Source: Candidatus Aminicenantes bacterium
Lineage (GTDB): Bacteria > Acidobacteriota > Aminicenantia > Aminicenantales > Aminicenantaceae
Length of the DNA: 64,000 nucleotides
Assembly: GCA_011772475.1 (NCBI GenBank)
Contig: WVZK01000185.1
Location: 60,648 to 124,647, forward strand
Direction of reading: 5' to 3'
Part shown: one piece after another, positions 46,467 to 56,152 of the stretch
Position numbering within the stretch: the stretch's first letter is position 1
How the letters are laid out: every line of letters starts with the position of its first letter
Program-made: the position numbers and the translations under genes
The notes under the pieces: generated by a model
Database searches by the model: none
What the model was told of the DNA's origin: nothing
Seen by the model: only the letters and a program-made list of their open reading frames with translations

Positions 46467-47782
46467 AAAAAGCATTCAAGATTTTTTTACTTTTTATATT
46501 CTTTTGGTCTTGTGCAACCTACCAGTCTGCCCCTCCCTCTCTTTATATTGAAAGCCTTCCTGCTTCCATAGTGGCAGAATTTTCACTTGAGGAGAGAATT
46601 CTTGCTGAAGAAGTGTGGGCAACTTTGAACCGAGGGGAAGGGAAAAGAGCCGAACAAAAGATCTCCAAGCTGGAAGCTCAACATCCAATCTATAACGTAG
46701 GTTTAGCCTATGCTTATTTTCTGCAAAACAGACTTCAGAGGGCTGAAGAAACCTTTAAAGCAGCCCTTAAAGATCTTCCTGACCTTGTTCTTATTCATTC
46801 AGGCCTGGCCCAGATTTACAAAAGCAAAGGACGGGATGAACGGGCATTTGCTGAATATAGGGAAATTCTCAAAAGAGAACCTGAGCATCCCTGGGCTAAG
46901 CAGCAATATGAAGTCCTTAAAAACAAAAAATACGAGGAATCTTTGTTGGAGGCAAAAGCAGCCATAGCTGCTGGGGATACTGAAGGAAGTAAAGAAGCCT
47001 ACCTAAAAGCTCTGTATTACGCTCCTCAATCTACAGAAGCCCATATTGTTCTTGCTGACATCTACAAAAAGGAGAACAAACTTCAAAATGCCTTGGTTCA
47101 CCTCCAAGCTGCAAGCTCGAACGAGCCAGAGAACGCTGGGATAATAAGAGATTACGCAGAGGCACTTTACTTGGCAGCTCAGTATACAAAAAGTCTTGAA
47201 ATCTATGAAAAACTGAGTGAATTAGAGCCGGAAAACAGAGAAATACAGGGCCGAATCCAAGGCATCAAGAACAGGTTAGGGATTTATGAACTTCCGACAA
47301 GGTATAATTCTATCGCCTCATCAGAGGCTGTCTCTAAAGAGGAAATAGCTGCTCTGCTTGCGGTCAAGTTCAAAGGAATACTTGATGAGGTACCGGGTAC
47401 ACCCCCTATTATAATCGATATAGCAACGTCTTGGGCATCACAATTCATCCTTCAAGTGACTTCCTTGGGTATCCTGGATATCTATCCCAATCACACTTTT
47501 CAACCGAAAAAAATTGTTACCAGGGCTGAGATGGCAGAGATTCTCCTTCGTTTAATTGACTATTTGAAAAAGAAAGGATACAAGTTTATCCAGCAGATCC
47601 CACAAGAAAAAATCCAGATCTCTGATGTTGCCTCCCACAACTACTATCATAAAGCGATTACTAAGATTCTTTCCTATAATATCATGGACCTCTCCTTGGA
47701 GAGAGAGTTCAATCCAGATCTTCCAGTTTCAGGCCAAGAATCCATAAGACTCTTGGATATTATCTTGGCTTTGACTAAATAA
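46460..47782 (+). CDS. TPR-repeat lipoprotein with a C-terminal SLH-like domain
   Basis: Lipobox-like FFWSC, TPR units in the N-terminal half. The C-terminal segments (P.FQPKKIVTRAEMAEILLRL) resemble S-layer homology motifs. Confidence 0.55.
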   Translation: MVKKAFKIFLLFIFFWSCATYQSAPPSLYIESLPASIVAEFSLEERILAEEVWATLNRGEGKRAEQKISKLEAQHPIYNVGLAYAYFLQNRLQRAEETFKAALKDLPDLVLIHSGLAQIYKSKGRDERAFAEYREILKREPEHPWAKQQYEVLKNKKYEESLLEAKAAIAAGDTEGSKEAYLKALYYAPQSTEAHIVLADIYKKENKLQNALVHLQAASSNEPENAGIIRDYAEALYLAAQYTKSLEIYEKLSELEPENREIQGRIQGIKNRLGIYELPTRYNSIASSEAVSKEEIAALLAVKFKGILDEVPGTPPIIIDIATSWASQFILQVTSLGILDIYPNHTFQPKKIVTRAEMAEILLRLIDYLKKKGYKFIQQIPQEKIQISDVASHNYYHKAITKILSYNIMDLSLEREFNPDLPVSGQESIRLLDIILALTK

Positions 47783-47816
47783 ACCACGTTTTTAATGTAC
47801 TGAAAATCACCAGAAA

Positions 47817-48398
47817 ATGAGGAATGAAGAGAAAAATAGTTACTTAAACCTTCCCAATATTCTCAGTCTCTTAAGGATTCTTCTCATCCCTGTCTTTGTG
47901 GTTTTAATGACCCAGCATAAGATTGTGGCAGCAACTGCTGTCTTCTTCTTTGCAGGTTTCACAGACGTCTTGGATGGCTTCGCAGCTCGACTCTTGCATC
48001 AAAAAACAAAAATTGGCGCCTTGCTTGATCCTGCGGGAGACAAATTACTCATGACCTCTGCCTTCATCGTTCTGGCCGTTCCTTCTCTCAATTCTCCCCA
48101 CATCATCCCTGTTTGGCTCACCATTGTTGTTATCAGCCGAGACCTGTTCATAGTCTCGAGTGCTTTTGCCCTGTATAAACTACGAGGTCAAAAAAGCTTT
48201 CCTCCCTCCATCTGGGGCAAATCAAGCACGGTCTGTCAGTTTGCGGTTTTAATCCTGGTTCTTTTATTCAACTCTTTTCAAATATCGTTCCCCTACTTAA
48301 GCGTGCTATATTTTTTGACTCTTGCGCTCACTCTTCTTTCGGGAGTGCATTATTCCTATATTGGTTTCAGAATTATTTCCCTTCCCAGGAAAAGCTAA
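47817..48398 (+). CDS. pgsA: CDP-alcohol phosphatidyltransferase (phosphatidylglycerophosphate synthase-like)
   Basis: DGFAARLLHQKTKIGALLDPAGDKL equals the D-G-x2-A-R-x8-G-x3-D-x3-D motif. Confidence 0.8.
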   Translation: MRNEEKNSYLNLPNILSLLRILLIPVFVVLMTQHKIVAATAVFFFAGFTDVLDGFAARLLHQKTKIGALLDPAGDKLLMTSAFIVLAVPSLNSPHIIPVWLTIVVISRDLFIVSSAFALYKLRGQKSFPPSIWGKSSTVCQFAVLILVLLFNSFQISFPYLSVLYFLTLALTLLSGVHYSYIGFRIISLPRKS

Positions 48399-48473
48399 AT
48401 CCTGCCTTAAGTTTTTCTTGCTACAATCTTTTTATTAATAATATTCGGGGACGATTGATTACTTCCGCATCGA

Positions 48474-48564
48474 AAAAAATGGGGACAGGCCCCTTTTTTG
48501 AAAGAAAGAGGACATTCTTAACCTGCGGATAGAACACCAGAAAACGGGTCCTATCTCCTTTTTT
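48474..48564 (+). repeat. 78-nt composite repeat element, copy B (48481-48558), with a decayed right arm
   Basis: GGGGACAGGCCCCTTTTTTG...CAGAAAACGGGTCCTATCTCC. Same orientation and spacing as copy A. Confidence 0.85.
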
Positions 48565-48622
48565 CGAAAGGCTTGCTTCTTGTTTTGGGGGGTGCTATTA
48601 TTTTCTGAATAAGGAGAATCCC

Positions 48623-49852
48623 ATGACAAATATGGAAAAGATTGCAAAGAGAATCGACAGTTACCGCAACGAAATGATAGATATGCAGATAAAACTTTGT
48701 GCTAAACCGTCAATCTCCCCTGCGAGCGGAGGAGAAGGGGAAGTTGAAAAGGCAGAGATACTGATTGATTTCTTGAAGAAAAACGAATTTAGCGATATCG
48801 AGCTTATCAAGGCTCCTGATTTGGATGCTCCTGCTGGATATCGCCCGAATATTCTAGCCTTTTTCAGAGGGAAAAGCTCTTCTAAGACTATATGGATAAT
48901 GACACACATGGACGTTGTTCCTCCCGGAGAATTGGCTCAATGGCGAGGGGATCCGTTCAAGGCCTGGGTTGAAGAAGGAAAAATATATGGACGGGGAGTT
49001 GAAGACAACCAGCAGGATTTGGTTGCCTCTCTTTATGCCATTAAGGCATTTCATCAGGAAGGCATTAAACCCAACTATGATATAGGCATTGCCTTAGTAG
49101 CAGATGAGGAGACTGGGAGCGAGAAAGGCATTGAGTATGTTCTAAATCACACAGAAGCTTTTCGAAAGCAAGACTTGATCATTGTTCCAGATGCCGGAAA
49201 CGAAGACGGAACTATGATCGAAGTCGCCGAAAAAAGCCTTCTCTGGCTTAAATTTAAGACTTTAGGTAAGCAGGCCCATGGTTCTACTCCAGAAAAAGGA
49301 ATTAATAGCTTCAAGGCCGCCTCATTTCTGGTCACTGAGTTAAACAAACTCTACAAGATTTTCCCAGACAAAGATCCGCTGTTTGATCCCCCAATCTCTA
49401 CCTTTGAACCAACCAAGAAAGAATCTAATGTTCCCAATATCAATACAATACCCGGGGAAGACATTTTTTATATGGACAGCCGTATCTTGCCAAGATATAA
49501 GATCGAAGAAGTCGAAGAAAATATCAAGAAAATGATTGATAAGATCGAAAATGAATTTAAAGTAAAAATAACATTAGAAAAGGCTCAGAAAGCTCCTGCT
49601 GCCCCTCCGACTTCAGCAGATGCTCCAGTAGCCCAAGCCCTAAAGCGAGCGATAAAAGCAATCTATGGGAAAGAAGGAAAGGCCACCGGGATTGGAGGAG
49701 GTACGGTAGCAGCTCTCTTCAGAAGAGAAAACTTCAGCGCTGCCTGCTGGGCTAAAATCGATGAAACTGCACATCAGCCAAACGAATACTGCATTATAGA
49801 TAATATGATGGGAGACGCAAAAGTATTCGCCCACATTTTTCTACAAGAATAA
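48623..49852 (+). CDS. M20-family metallopeptidase/deacylase (DapE/ArgE-like)
   Basis: HMDVVPPG, GRGVEDNQQD, ADEETGS metal-ligand blocks. Confidence 0.8.
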   Translation: MTNMEKIAKRIDSYRNEMIDMQIKLCAKPSISPASGGEGEVEKAEILIDFLKKNEFSDIELIKAPDLDAPAGYRPNILAFFRGKSSSKTIWIMTHMDVVPPGELAQWRGDPFKAWVEEGKIYGRGVEDNQQDLVASLYAIKAFHQEGIKPNYDIGIALVADEETGSEKGIEYVLNHTEAFRKQDLIIVPDAGNEDGTMIEVAEKSLLWLKFKTLGKQAHGSTPEKGINSFKAASFLVTELNKLYKIFPDKDPLFDPPISTFEPTKKESNVPNINTIPGEDIFYMDSRILPRYKIEEVEENIKKMIDKIENEFKVKITLEKAQKAPAAPPTSADAPVAQALKRAIKAIYGKEGKATGIGGGTVAALFRRENFSAACWAKIDETAHQPNEYCIIDNMMGDAKVFAHIFLQE

Positions 49853-49896
49853 ATATTGTGCAAAAAGTTGCTCCCGGCAGCAAAGGAGGGCAAAAA

Positions 49897-50217
49897 TTGA
49901 ATAAATACATACTCGTTCTCACAACAGTTCCCGATGAAAAAACCGGCCATTCAATAGCCAAGGAGTTAGTAAAGGAAAGGCTGTCTGCCTGCGTGACAGT
50001 CTCAGCAGCTTCGCAATCCTTTTATTGGTGGCAGGGTAAAATATCAGAAGAAAAAGAGCACATTCTCTTCATTAAAACCAAAGCCGCCCTCTTCAAAGAG
50101 CTCGAAAAAAAGATCGAAGAAATTCATCCGTATGAGGTCCCAGAAATAATCGCACTGCCCTTCTTCCAAGGTTCTGCTAAATACTTGAATTGGATAGAAA
50201 AAGAAACAAAAGATTAA
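49897..50217 (+). CDS. cutA: Divalent-cation tolerance protein CutA
   Basis: ACVTV...YWWQGKI...IKT...HPYEVPEIIALP. The TTG at 49897 has GGAGGG 6 nt upstream and gives the usual ~106 aa. Confidence 0.85.
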   Translation: MNKYILVLTTVPDEKTGHSIAKELVKERLSACVTVSAASQSFYWWQGKISEEKEHILFIKTKAALFKELEKKIEEIHPYEVPEIIALPFFQGSAKYLNWIEKETKD

Positions 50218-51167
50218 GAATATTTTCTCTGGATGCTTTGGGCAACTTTTACCGTATTAAGATGGACGGAGACGGTGTCCTTTACCAAGGATGCATAGCC
50301 TCCAGCAAAAAGAATAGCCACTGGAATACGAAGCTTGCGGGCTTCCTCAATCACAATCCTGTCTCGCTCTTTGAGGCCTTCCATGGTCAACTTCAAGCCT
50401 CCTAACCGATCTTTTTCATAAGGATCTGCCCCTGCAAGGTAATAGATCAAATCAGGTTGAAATTCCTGATAGAGACGGGGAAAGTTAGAACTGAGCTTTG
50501 ATAGATATTTTTCGTCTCCATCCCCGGTCCACAGGCCTACATCCACAGAGCTTGAAGGTTTATGAGCAGGATAATTATCCATTTGGTGTATAGAAAAAGT
50601 GAAGGCATAATCTTTTTTGGCAAAAATAAAAGCAGTTCCATTCCCCTGATGGAGGTCACAATCAACCACCATAGCCCTCTCGATCTTCCTTTTCTCTTTC
50701 ATTTTCTCTAAAGAAACTGCCACATCATTCAAAGCACAAAAACCCTCCCCATGGTCTGGAAAAGCATGATGAAATCCTCCTCCAATATGTACGGCCAGCC
50801 CATCTTCTAATGCTCTTTCAGCAACAAGAATTGTCCCTCCTACAAACAACAAAGCAAATTTCAAAAGTTCGGGAGAATAGGGAAGTTCCATGGTCAATAT
50901 CTCAGAAAGAGAAAGATCTCCGGTTCTCAATTTCTTCAGGTACTTTTGAGTATGAACCAGAAGGAGATCTTCCTCGCTGGCGAGCTGAGGTGAGAGAAAA
51001 TTTTCTTTTTTTGCGCCCCGACGAACAAGGGCTTCGTAGATGAGCTTGTACTTCACAACCGGAAAAACATGTTCACCAAGGTCAGCCCAATAATTATCAC
51101 TGTAGATAAACTTGAAAGGAAATATTTGCTTTCTCAAGCCCCGCAGTATTTTTTTCAGGGGAGACAT
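50214..51167 (-). CDS. Histone deacetylase-family (class I/II-like) zinc deacetylase
   Basis: GGGFHHAFPDHGEGFCALND and VDCDLHQGNG motifs. Confidence 0.85.
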   Translation of the reverse strand: MSPLKKILRGLRKQIFPFKFIYSDNYWADLGEHVFPVVKYKLIYEALVRRGAKKENFLSPQLASEEDLLLVHTQKYLKKLRTGDLSLSEILTMELPYSPELLKFALLFVGGTILVAERALEDGLAVHIGGGFHHAFPDHGEGFCALNDVAVSLEKMKEKRKIERAMVVDCDLHQGNGTAFIFAKKDYAFTFSIHQMDNYPAHKPSSSVDVGLWTGDGDEKYLSKLSSNFPRLYQEFQPDLIYYLAGADPYEKDRLGGLKLTMEGLKERDRIVIEEARKLRIPVAILFAGGYASLVKDTVSVHLNTVKVAQSIQRKYS

Positions 51168-51303
51168 GATTTAATACATATCAAAATAATTCTGAGCACA
51201 CAATACTTATTTATTTCCCAATTATTTCTTGAAGTTTATCTAAAAATGAATTAGTTTTTATGAAAGTCTTATTTAAGACTCTCCAGTTTGGAACGTATCA
51301 TAA

Positions 51304-52215
51304 ATGGGTTTAAAGAAATTCGTTATCAGCCTAGCCCCAACTCCTCTGGTCAAGCTCTTTGCCAGCCCTTACGTGGCAGGTGACAGCATTAAAGCAGCAG
51401 TTAATACCGCCCAAAAGTTATGGGAAGAGAGACGCGTCTGCTCCACCATTGACCTGCTGGGCGAGGAGCTGAAAAGCGATGAGGAAGTCCAGTACTCTGT
51501 CGATGTCTACGAAAGACTCATCGATGCCCTGGGTAGCCAGGATTATGCAACCCTATCCTTAAAGCCCACTCAGCTGGGAAGCCATCGCGGGACAGAGAAC
51601 TGTCAAAAAGTCATCGGGCGAATCGTCCGACAAGCAGAGCAGAATAACATAAACGTTACCTTAGATATGGAGGATCATTCCTTTACTGATATGACTCTGG
51701 ATATCTTCCGTGCTTTGAATAAGGACCATCCGACTTTTGGGACAGTGCTGCAATCCCGTCTTTTTCGCACAGATGATGACATAATGTCCTTAAAGAATTT
51801 GAACGCCCGCATCCGTATTTGCATCGGAATCTACAATGAACCAAAGGAAATAGCCATGCAGAGCAAGCCCGAAATGAAGAACAAGATGCTTCAGCAGGTT
51901 GAGCTTCTGTTCAAGGAAGGTCATTACCCTGAGATCGCCACTCACGATGAAGCCGTTATAAATGAAGCCATCAACATTGCCGAAAAGCTGAATATGAAAA
52001 AAGATCAATACGAAGTTCAGATGCTTATGGGCGTTCCCAAGCAAGCTTTCCAAGATAAGCTCATTCAAAACGGCATCCTTGTCCGCCTCTATGTTCCGTT
52101 CGCCGAAAAGTGGAAATATGCCACAGCCTACTGTAAAAGAAGACTGGCTGCTAACCCAGCAATGGCTGCTTACATTTTGAAGAATATTTTGCATAAGATA
52201 GCTGGAAGGCATTAG
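51304..52215 (+). CDS. Monofunctional proline dehydrogenase
   Basis: About 300 aa. DLLGE, TLDMEDH, VLQSRLFRT, ICIGIY and ATHDE blocks of the PRODH TIM barrel. Confidence 0.75.
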   Translation: MGLKKFVISLAPTPLVKLFASPYVAGDSIKAAVNTAQKLWEERRVCSTIDLLGEELKSDEEVQYSVDVYERLIDALGSQDYATLSLKPTQLGSHRGTENCQKVIGRIVRQAEQNNINVTLDMEDHSFTDMTLDIFRALNKDHPTFGTVLQSRLFRTDDDIMSLKNLNARIRICIGIYNEPKEIAMQSKPEMKNKMLQQVELLFKEGHYPEIATHDEAVINEAINIAEKLNMKKDQYEVQMLMGVPKQAFQDKLIQNGILVRLYVPFAEKWKYATAYCKRRLAANPAMAAYILKNILHKIAGRH

Positions 52216-52345
52216 CGATTTCGTCTCAAAAGAAAATAGTCTAGGAAAGCGTCAGTTTTCTGTTTTATAGATATATCTTTTTGCTCGGATCCGAAAGGAA
52301 ATTCCGTCTAAAATATTAAGATTCCCGACTACCCGCGACAAACTA

Positions 52346-55066
52346 TCAGGAGTTTTTGTCTTTCTCCATCAAAGTAACTTGAGCTGCGGCCAGACGAGCA
52401 ATCGGGACCTGATAGGCAGAACAACTCACATAAGTGAGTCCGATCTTATGGCAGAAGAAAATAGAGCGCGGGTCTCCTCCATGAACACCACATATGCCGA
52501 TCTTTAAGTCGGGCCTTGTCTTTCGTCCCTTCTCAACAGCTATTTTCATGATCTCACCCACTCCTTCAATATCCACAGTCTCAAATGGATTACTCTTCCA
52601 GATCCCAAGAGCCAGATAATGTGCAAGAAATCCAGCTCCATCATCGCGGGAAAGTCCATAAATCGTCTGTGTAAGGTCATTGGTTCCAAACGAGAAGAAT
52701 TCAGCTTCTTCTGCAATTTCATCTGCAGTAATGGCAGCTCTTGGAATTTCAATCATCGTTCCTACTGCATACTCTATCTTAACCTTATTTTTCTCCATCA
52801 CTTCTTCGGCTACCCGCAGGGTAATTTTTTTCTGGTTGGCAAGCTCTTCCTTTGTCCCTACAAGAGGAATCATTATTTCTGGATATACTTTTTGCCTTTC
52901 CTTTGCCAATTGGCAAACAGCTTCAAAAATGGCGGTAACCTGCATCTCGATAATCTCAGGATAAGAAATTCCCAAACGGCAACCTCGATGTCCAAGCATG
53001 GGATTGAACTCAGATAGGGCTTTAACACGCTCCAGCAATTTCTCCAATTCTTGGACTTTCTTCTCTTTCTCTTTGCTCTTACTGGCTTTCAAAACTGCCA
53101 TCTCAACCATAAGATCTTCTTTACGCGGTAAAAATTCATGAAGAGGGGGATCAAGCGTACGAATGGTTACGGGATGGCCCCTCATCTCTCTGAATAAGCC
53201 GTAAAAATCTTTCTTCTGGAACGGTAAAAGCTTGCTTAAGGCTTTTTTTCTTTCCTCCTCGGTTTCAGAGAGGATCATTTCTTTGATAAACGGAAGCCGT
53301 TCCTTAGCAAAAAACATATGCTCAGTCCGGGCCAAACCGACACCCTCTGCTCCAAAAGCAAGGGCTATCTTGGCATCCTCAGGCGTATCTGTGTTAGCTC
53401 GAACTTTCAATTTTTTTACCTTATCAGCCCAAAAGAGCAGCTTTGTAAAATGCTGGTAAATCTCAGATTCCTCAGGCTTCCTCTCTCCCCGGATGACCTG
53501 GATTATTTCAGAAGGCTGGGTCGGTATCTCGCCGTGAAGAACTTCTCCTGAAGTTCCATCAATTGAAATCCAGTCCCCTTCTTTGACTTTCGTTTTGCCC
53601 ACATTAAAGTATCTTTTTTCTTCCTCTGGTTTTATCTCTCCGCATCCAACCACTGATGGTTTTCCCATCTGCCTTCCCACAACAGCTGCATGTGAAGTCA
53701 TGCCGCCTGTTGCAGTCAGGATACCTTGAGACGCACTCATTCCATGAATATCGTCAGGAGATGTCTCCTCCCTGACTAAAATGACCTTTTTACCGTCTCT
53801 TTTCCAGGCGACAGCCTCGTCGGCTGTAAACACTACTTGCCCTGCGGCTGCACCAGGGGAAGCGGCCAGCCCGCTGGCAAGAACTTGATGTTTTCCCTTT
53901 TCTGCTGGATCAAATACAGGATGGAGAAGCTGGTTCAAAGCTTCAGGCTCGACCATCATAAGAGCTTCCTCTTTACTAACCAATCCTTCTTCCACCATAT
54001 CTACAGCAATCTTTACTGCTGCCATCCCTGTTCTTTTGCCGGATCTTGTCTGCAGCATGTAAAGCTTTTCCTCCTGGATCGTGAACTCAAAATCCTGCAC
54101 ATCTCGGTAGTGCTTCTCCAATCTGTTGGTAATTTCTCTTAACTCTTTGTAGGCCGGGGCCATCTCGTTCTCTAGGGATTCAAGGGGGGTAGGAGTCCGA
54201 ACGCCTGCTACAACATCCTCACCTTGAGCATTAAACAGATATTCGCCATACAGCTTCTTTTCTCCGGTAGCAGGGTCTCTAGTGAAGCCAACTCCAGTGG
54301 CAGATTTCTCTCCGATGTTTCCAAAGACCATATGTTGGACATTGACTGCTGTGCCCAAGTCATCTGGGATGTAATTCAAACGACGGTAGGTCTTGGCTCG
54401 TGGATTATTCCATGACTCAAATACAGCGGAGATGGCCATCAGCAACTGTTGTATGACATCTTGGGGAAATTCTTTTCCCGTATCTTTCTTTATTAGATTT
54501 TTATAATCAGAGATAAGCCCTTCAAGGACGTCCTCAGACATTTCAAAATCGTGGATTATCTTCTTTTCTCTTTTTTTCTTTTTTAAGATTTCTTCGAATT
54601 TTTTTTTGGGAATTCCCAAGACCACATCCCCAAACATATGTATCAACCGGCGATAACAATCCAGGGCAAATCTTTTGTTTCCACTCTTTTTGGCCAAAGG
54701 TTCAAATGTCTTGTCATTCAAACCTAGGTTCAAAACTGTATCCATCATGCCGGGCATGGAAAACTTCGCTCCTGACCGGACAGAAACTAGAAGCGGATTA
54801 TCTTTCCCTCCGAATTTTTGCCCCGTAATCTCTTCCAATTTTTTTAGATTAAGAAGAATTTCTTCCTCAACTTCAAACGGAATCTTATTCCCCAGCTTAG
54901 CAAAGGAGTTACAGACTTCTGTAGAAACAGTGAAGCCAGCGGGAACCGGAAGGCCTATTCCTGCCATCTCAGCCAGATTCGCTCCCTTCCCTCCAAGGAT
55001 ATCTTTCATATCTTTGTCGCCTTCCGTTTTGCCTTTTCCGAAAAAGTACACATATTTTTTTGTCAT
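52346..55066 (-). CDS. ppdK: Pyruvate, phosphate dikinase
   Basis: 906 aa. GGKGANLAEM, phospho-His loop GGMTSHAAVVGRQMG, and a C-terminal PEP-utilising TIM barrel (GICGVHGGDP). Confidence 0.95.
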   Translation of the reverse strand: MTKKYVYFFGKGKTEGDKDMKDILGGKGANLAEMAGIGLPVPAGFTVSTEVCNSFAKLGNKIPFEVEEEILLNLKKLEEITGQKFGGKDNPLLVSVRSGAKFSMPGMMDTVLNLGLNDKTFEPLAKKSGNKRFALDCYRRLIHMFGDVVLGIPKKKFEEILKKKKREKKIIHDFEMSEDVLEGLISDYKNLIKKDTGKEFPQDVIQQLLMAISAVFESWNNPRAKTYRRLNYIPDDLGTAVNVQHMVFGNIGEKSATGVGFTRDPATGEKKLYGEYLFNAQGEDVVAGVRTPTPLESLENEMAPAYKELREITNRLEKHYRDVQDFEFTIQEEKLYMLQTRSGKRTGMAAVKIAVDMVEEGLVSKEEALMMVEPEALNQLLHPVFDPAEKGKHQVLASGLAASPGAAAGQVVFTADEAVAWKRDGKKVILVREETSPDDIHGMSASQGILTATGGMTSHAAVVGRQMGKPSVVGCGEIKPEEEKRYFNVGKTKVKEGDWISIDGTSGEVLHGEIPTQPSEIIQVIRGERKPEESEIYQHFTKLLFWADKVKKLKVRANTDTPEDAKIALAFGAEGVGLARTEHMFFAKERLPFIKEMILSETEEERKKALSKLLPFQKKDFYGLFREMRGHPVTIRTLDPPLHEFLPRKEDLMVEMAVLKASKSKEKEKKVQELEKLLERVKALSEFNPMLGHRGCRLGISYPEIIEMQVTAIFEAVCQLAKERQKVYPEIMIPLVGTKEELANQKKITLRVAEEVMEKNKVKIEYAVGTMIEIPRAAITADEIAEEAEFFSFGTNDLTQTIYGLSRDDGAGFLAHYLALGIWKSNPFETVDIEGVGEIMKIAVEKGRKTRPDLKIGICGVHGGDPRSIFFCHKIGLTYVSCSAYQVPIARLAAAQVTLMEKDKNS

Positions 55067-55178
55067 CTCTTTACTCCTCGCAGGATTAGCATAAGAATAT
55101 ACATGTAACTCCTATGGATTAAAGTTGTCAAGCTGGAAATGGACCTTAATTAAGTTGGCAGAGTTGGGTAAGGGTAGA

Positions 55179-55254
55179 GTCAGGCCTTGCCACCGGAAAT
55201 GGAAATTCTTCTACCTCTAGTTATCCAGCCATCTCCATGATAAGGCCTGACCCC
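55179..55254. repeat. Variant inverted repeat GTCAGGCCTT / AAGGCCTGACCCC separated by 53 nt
   Basis: 10-nt perfect complementary arms immediately after the stop (55257) of the MauE-like gene. The arm sequence is related to 37720-37766 and to the GGGGMCWGKCCCC family. Confidence 0.65.
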
Positions 55255-55256
55255 AA

Positions 55257-55676
55257 TTATTCTCGATCTGCCTTGTGAGAAAAAAATATATTTAGAGAAA
55301 AAAAGAGCAAAACGCTGTCTGTCAGTATCAGTTTATAATCCACTTTTCCACTGAGACTGCCAAAGCAGCCGCAGTCGATATCTATCCCTCTTATAATCGT
55401 GACAGTGATCAGGACTAGAAAAACTACCAGAAAACCTGAAAGCAGAAGCGCGCTGGAGTACCTGAATATCCCCGAGATTAAAGATAATCCGCAGATAACC
55501 TCTATCCATGGCAAGACAAGTGCCAGGAAAAAGGAGGCTCCTTCGGGAAAAACTCTATAGTTGGCGATGTTCTGGGCAAATCCAAGGGGGTCGATTATCT
55601 TCGAAACTCCAGCCCAAATGAACATTCCGCCCACAACAAGCCGAAAAGCAATAAGGATGTATTTATTACGGATCAT
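55257..55676 (-). CDS. MauE/DoxX-family membrane protein
   Basis: Four hydrophobic helices and a DCGCFG motif. The ATG at 55676 overlaps the rhodanese stop as ATGA. Confidence 0.7.
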   Translation of the reverse strand: MIRNKYILIAFRLVVGGMFIWAGVSKIIDPLGFAQNIANYRVFPEGASFFLALVLPWIEVICGLSLISGIFRYSSALLLSGFLVVFLVLITVTIIRGIDIDCGCFGSLSGKVDYKLILTDSVLLFFSLNIFFSHKADRE

Positions 55677-56152
55677 TTTTCCGAAGATACAGGCAGCCCT
55701 CCCTCTGTCCACTCAACCCAGCCGCCAAAGAAGATCCTGATATCTAAAAGGCCCTTTTTGTGAAGAACTTTAGCTAATTCTACACTCGAATTACATTCAC
55801 TCCCATCACAGTAAACGACTACCGTTTCTTCAGGCGGGAGAAAAATCAGGTCCAAAGCTTTTTCCTTCTTGTATTCCTCGAACGGAATGTTCACAGCTCC
55901 CATGATGTGTCCTTCTTGGAAAGTCTCTTTAGGCCGGCTGTCGATAAAAAGGGCATTCCTCTCTAAAAAAAGCTCTTCTGCTTCTCCCAGTGTGATGAAC
56001 ATGATCGAAGTATATTCATCTAAAGAAATAAATCCGAATCTAAAATCTCCAAGAAAGTACTTTTGTAGCAAAGAGAAATTTATTCCAAGTCCTATGATTA
56101 TGCCCAAAAACAGGATGAGGGCAATCTGCAGAAGAAGCTTTTTTAGTGTCAT
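55673..56152 (-). CDS. Membrane-anchored rhodanese-domain protein
   Basis: N-terminal TM helix. HIMGAVNIP and the active-site loop VVYCDGSECNSS. Confidence 0.75.
   Translation of the reverse strand: MTLKKLLLQIALILFLGIIIGLGINFSLLQKYFLGDFRFGFISLDEYTSIMFITLGEAEELFLERNALFIDSRPKETFQEGHIMGAVNIPFEEYKKEKALDLIFLPPEETVVVYCDGSECNSSVELAKVLHKKGLLDIRIFFGGWVEWTEGGLPVSSEK

Noticed and set aside
48459-48647. 62-aa minus-strand ORF across the 48399-48622 spacer
   Set aside because: It is composed of the repeat element read in reverse. It overlaps the M20 peptidase start and has no RBS.
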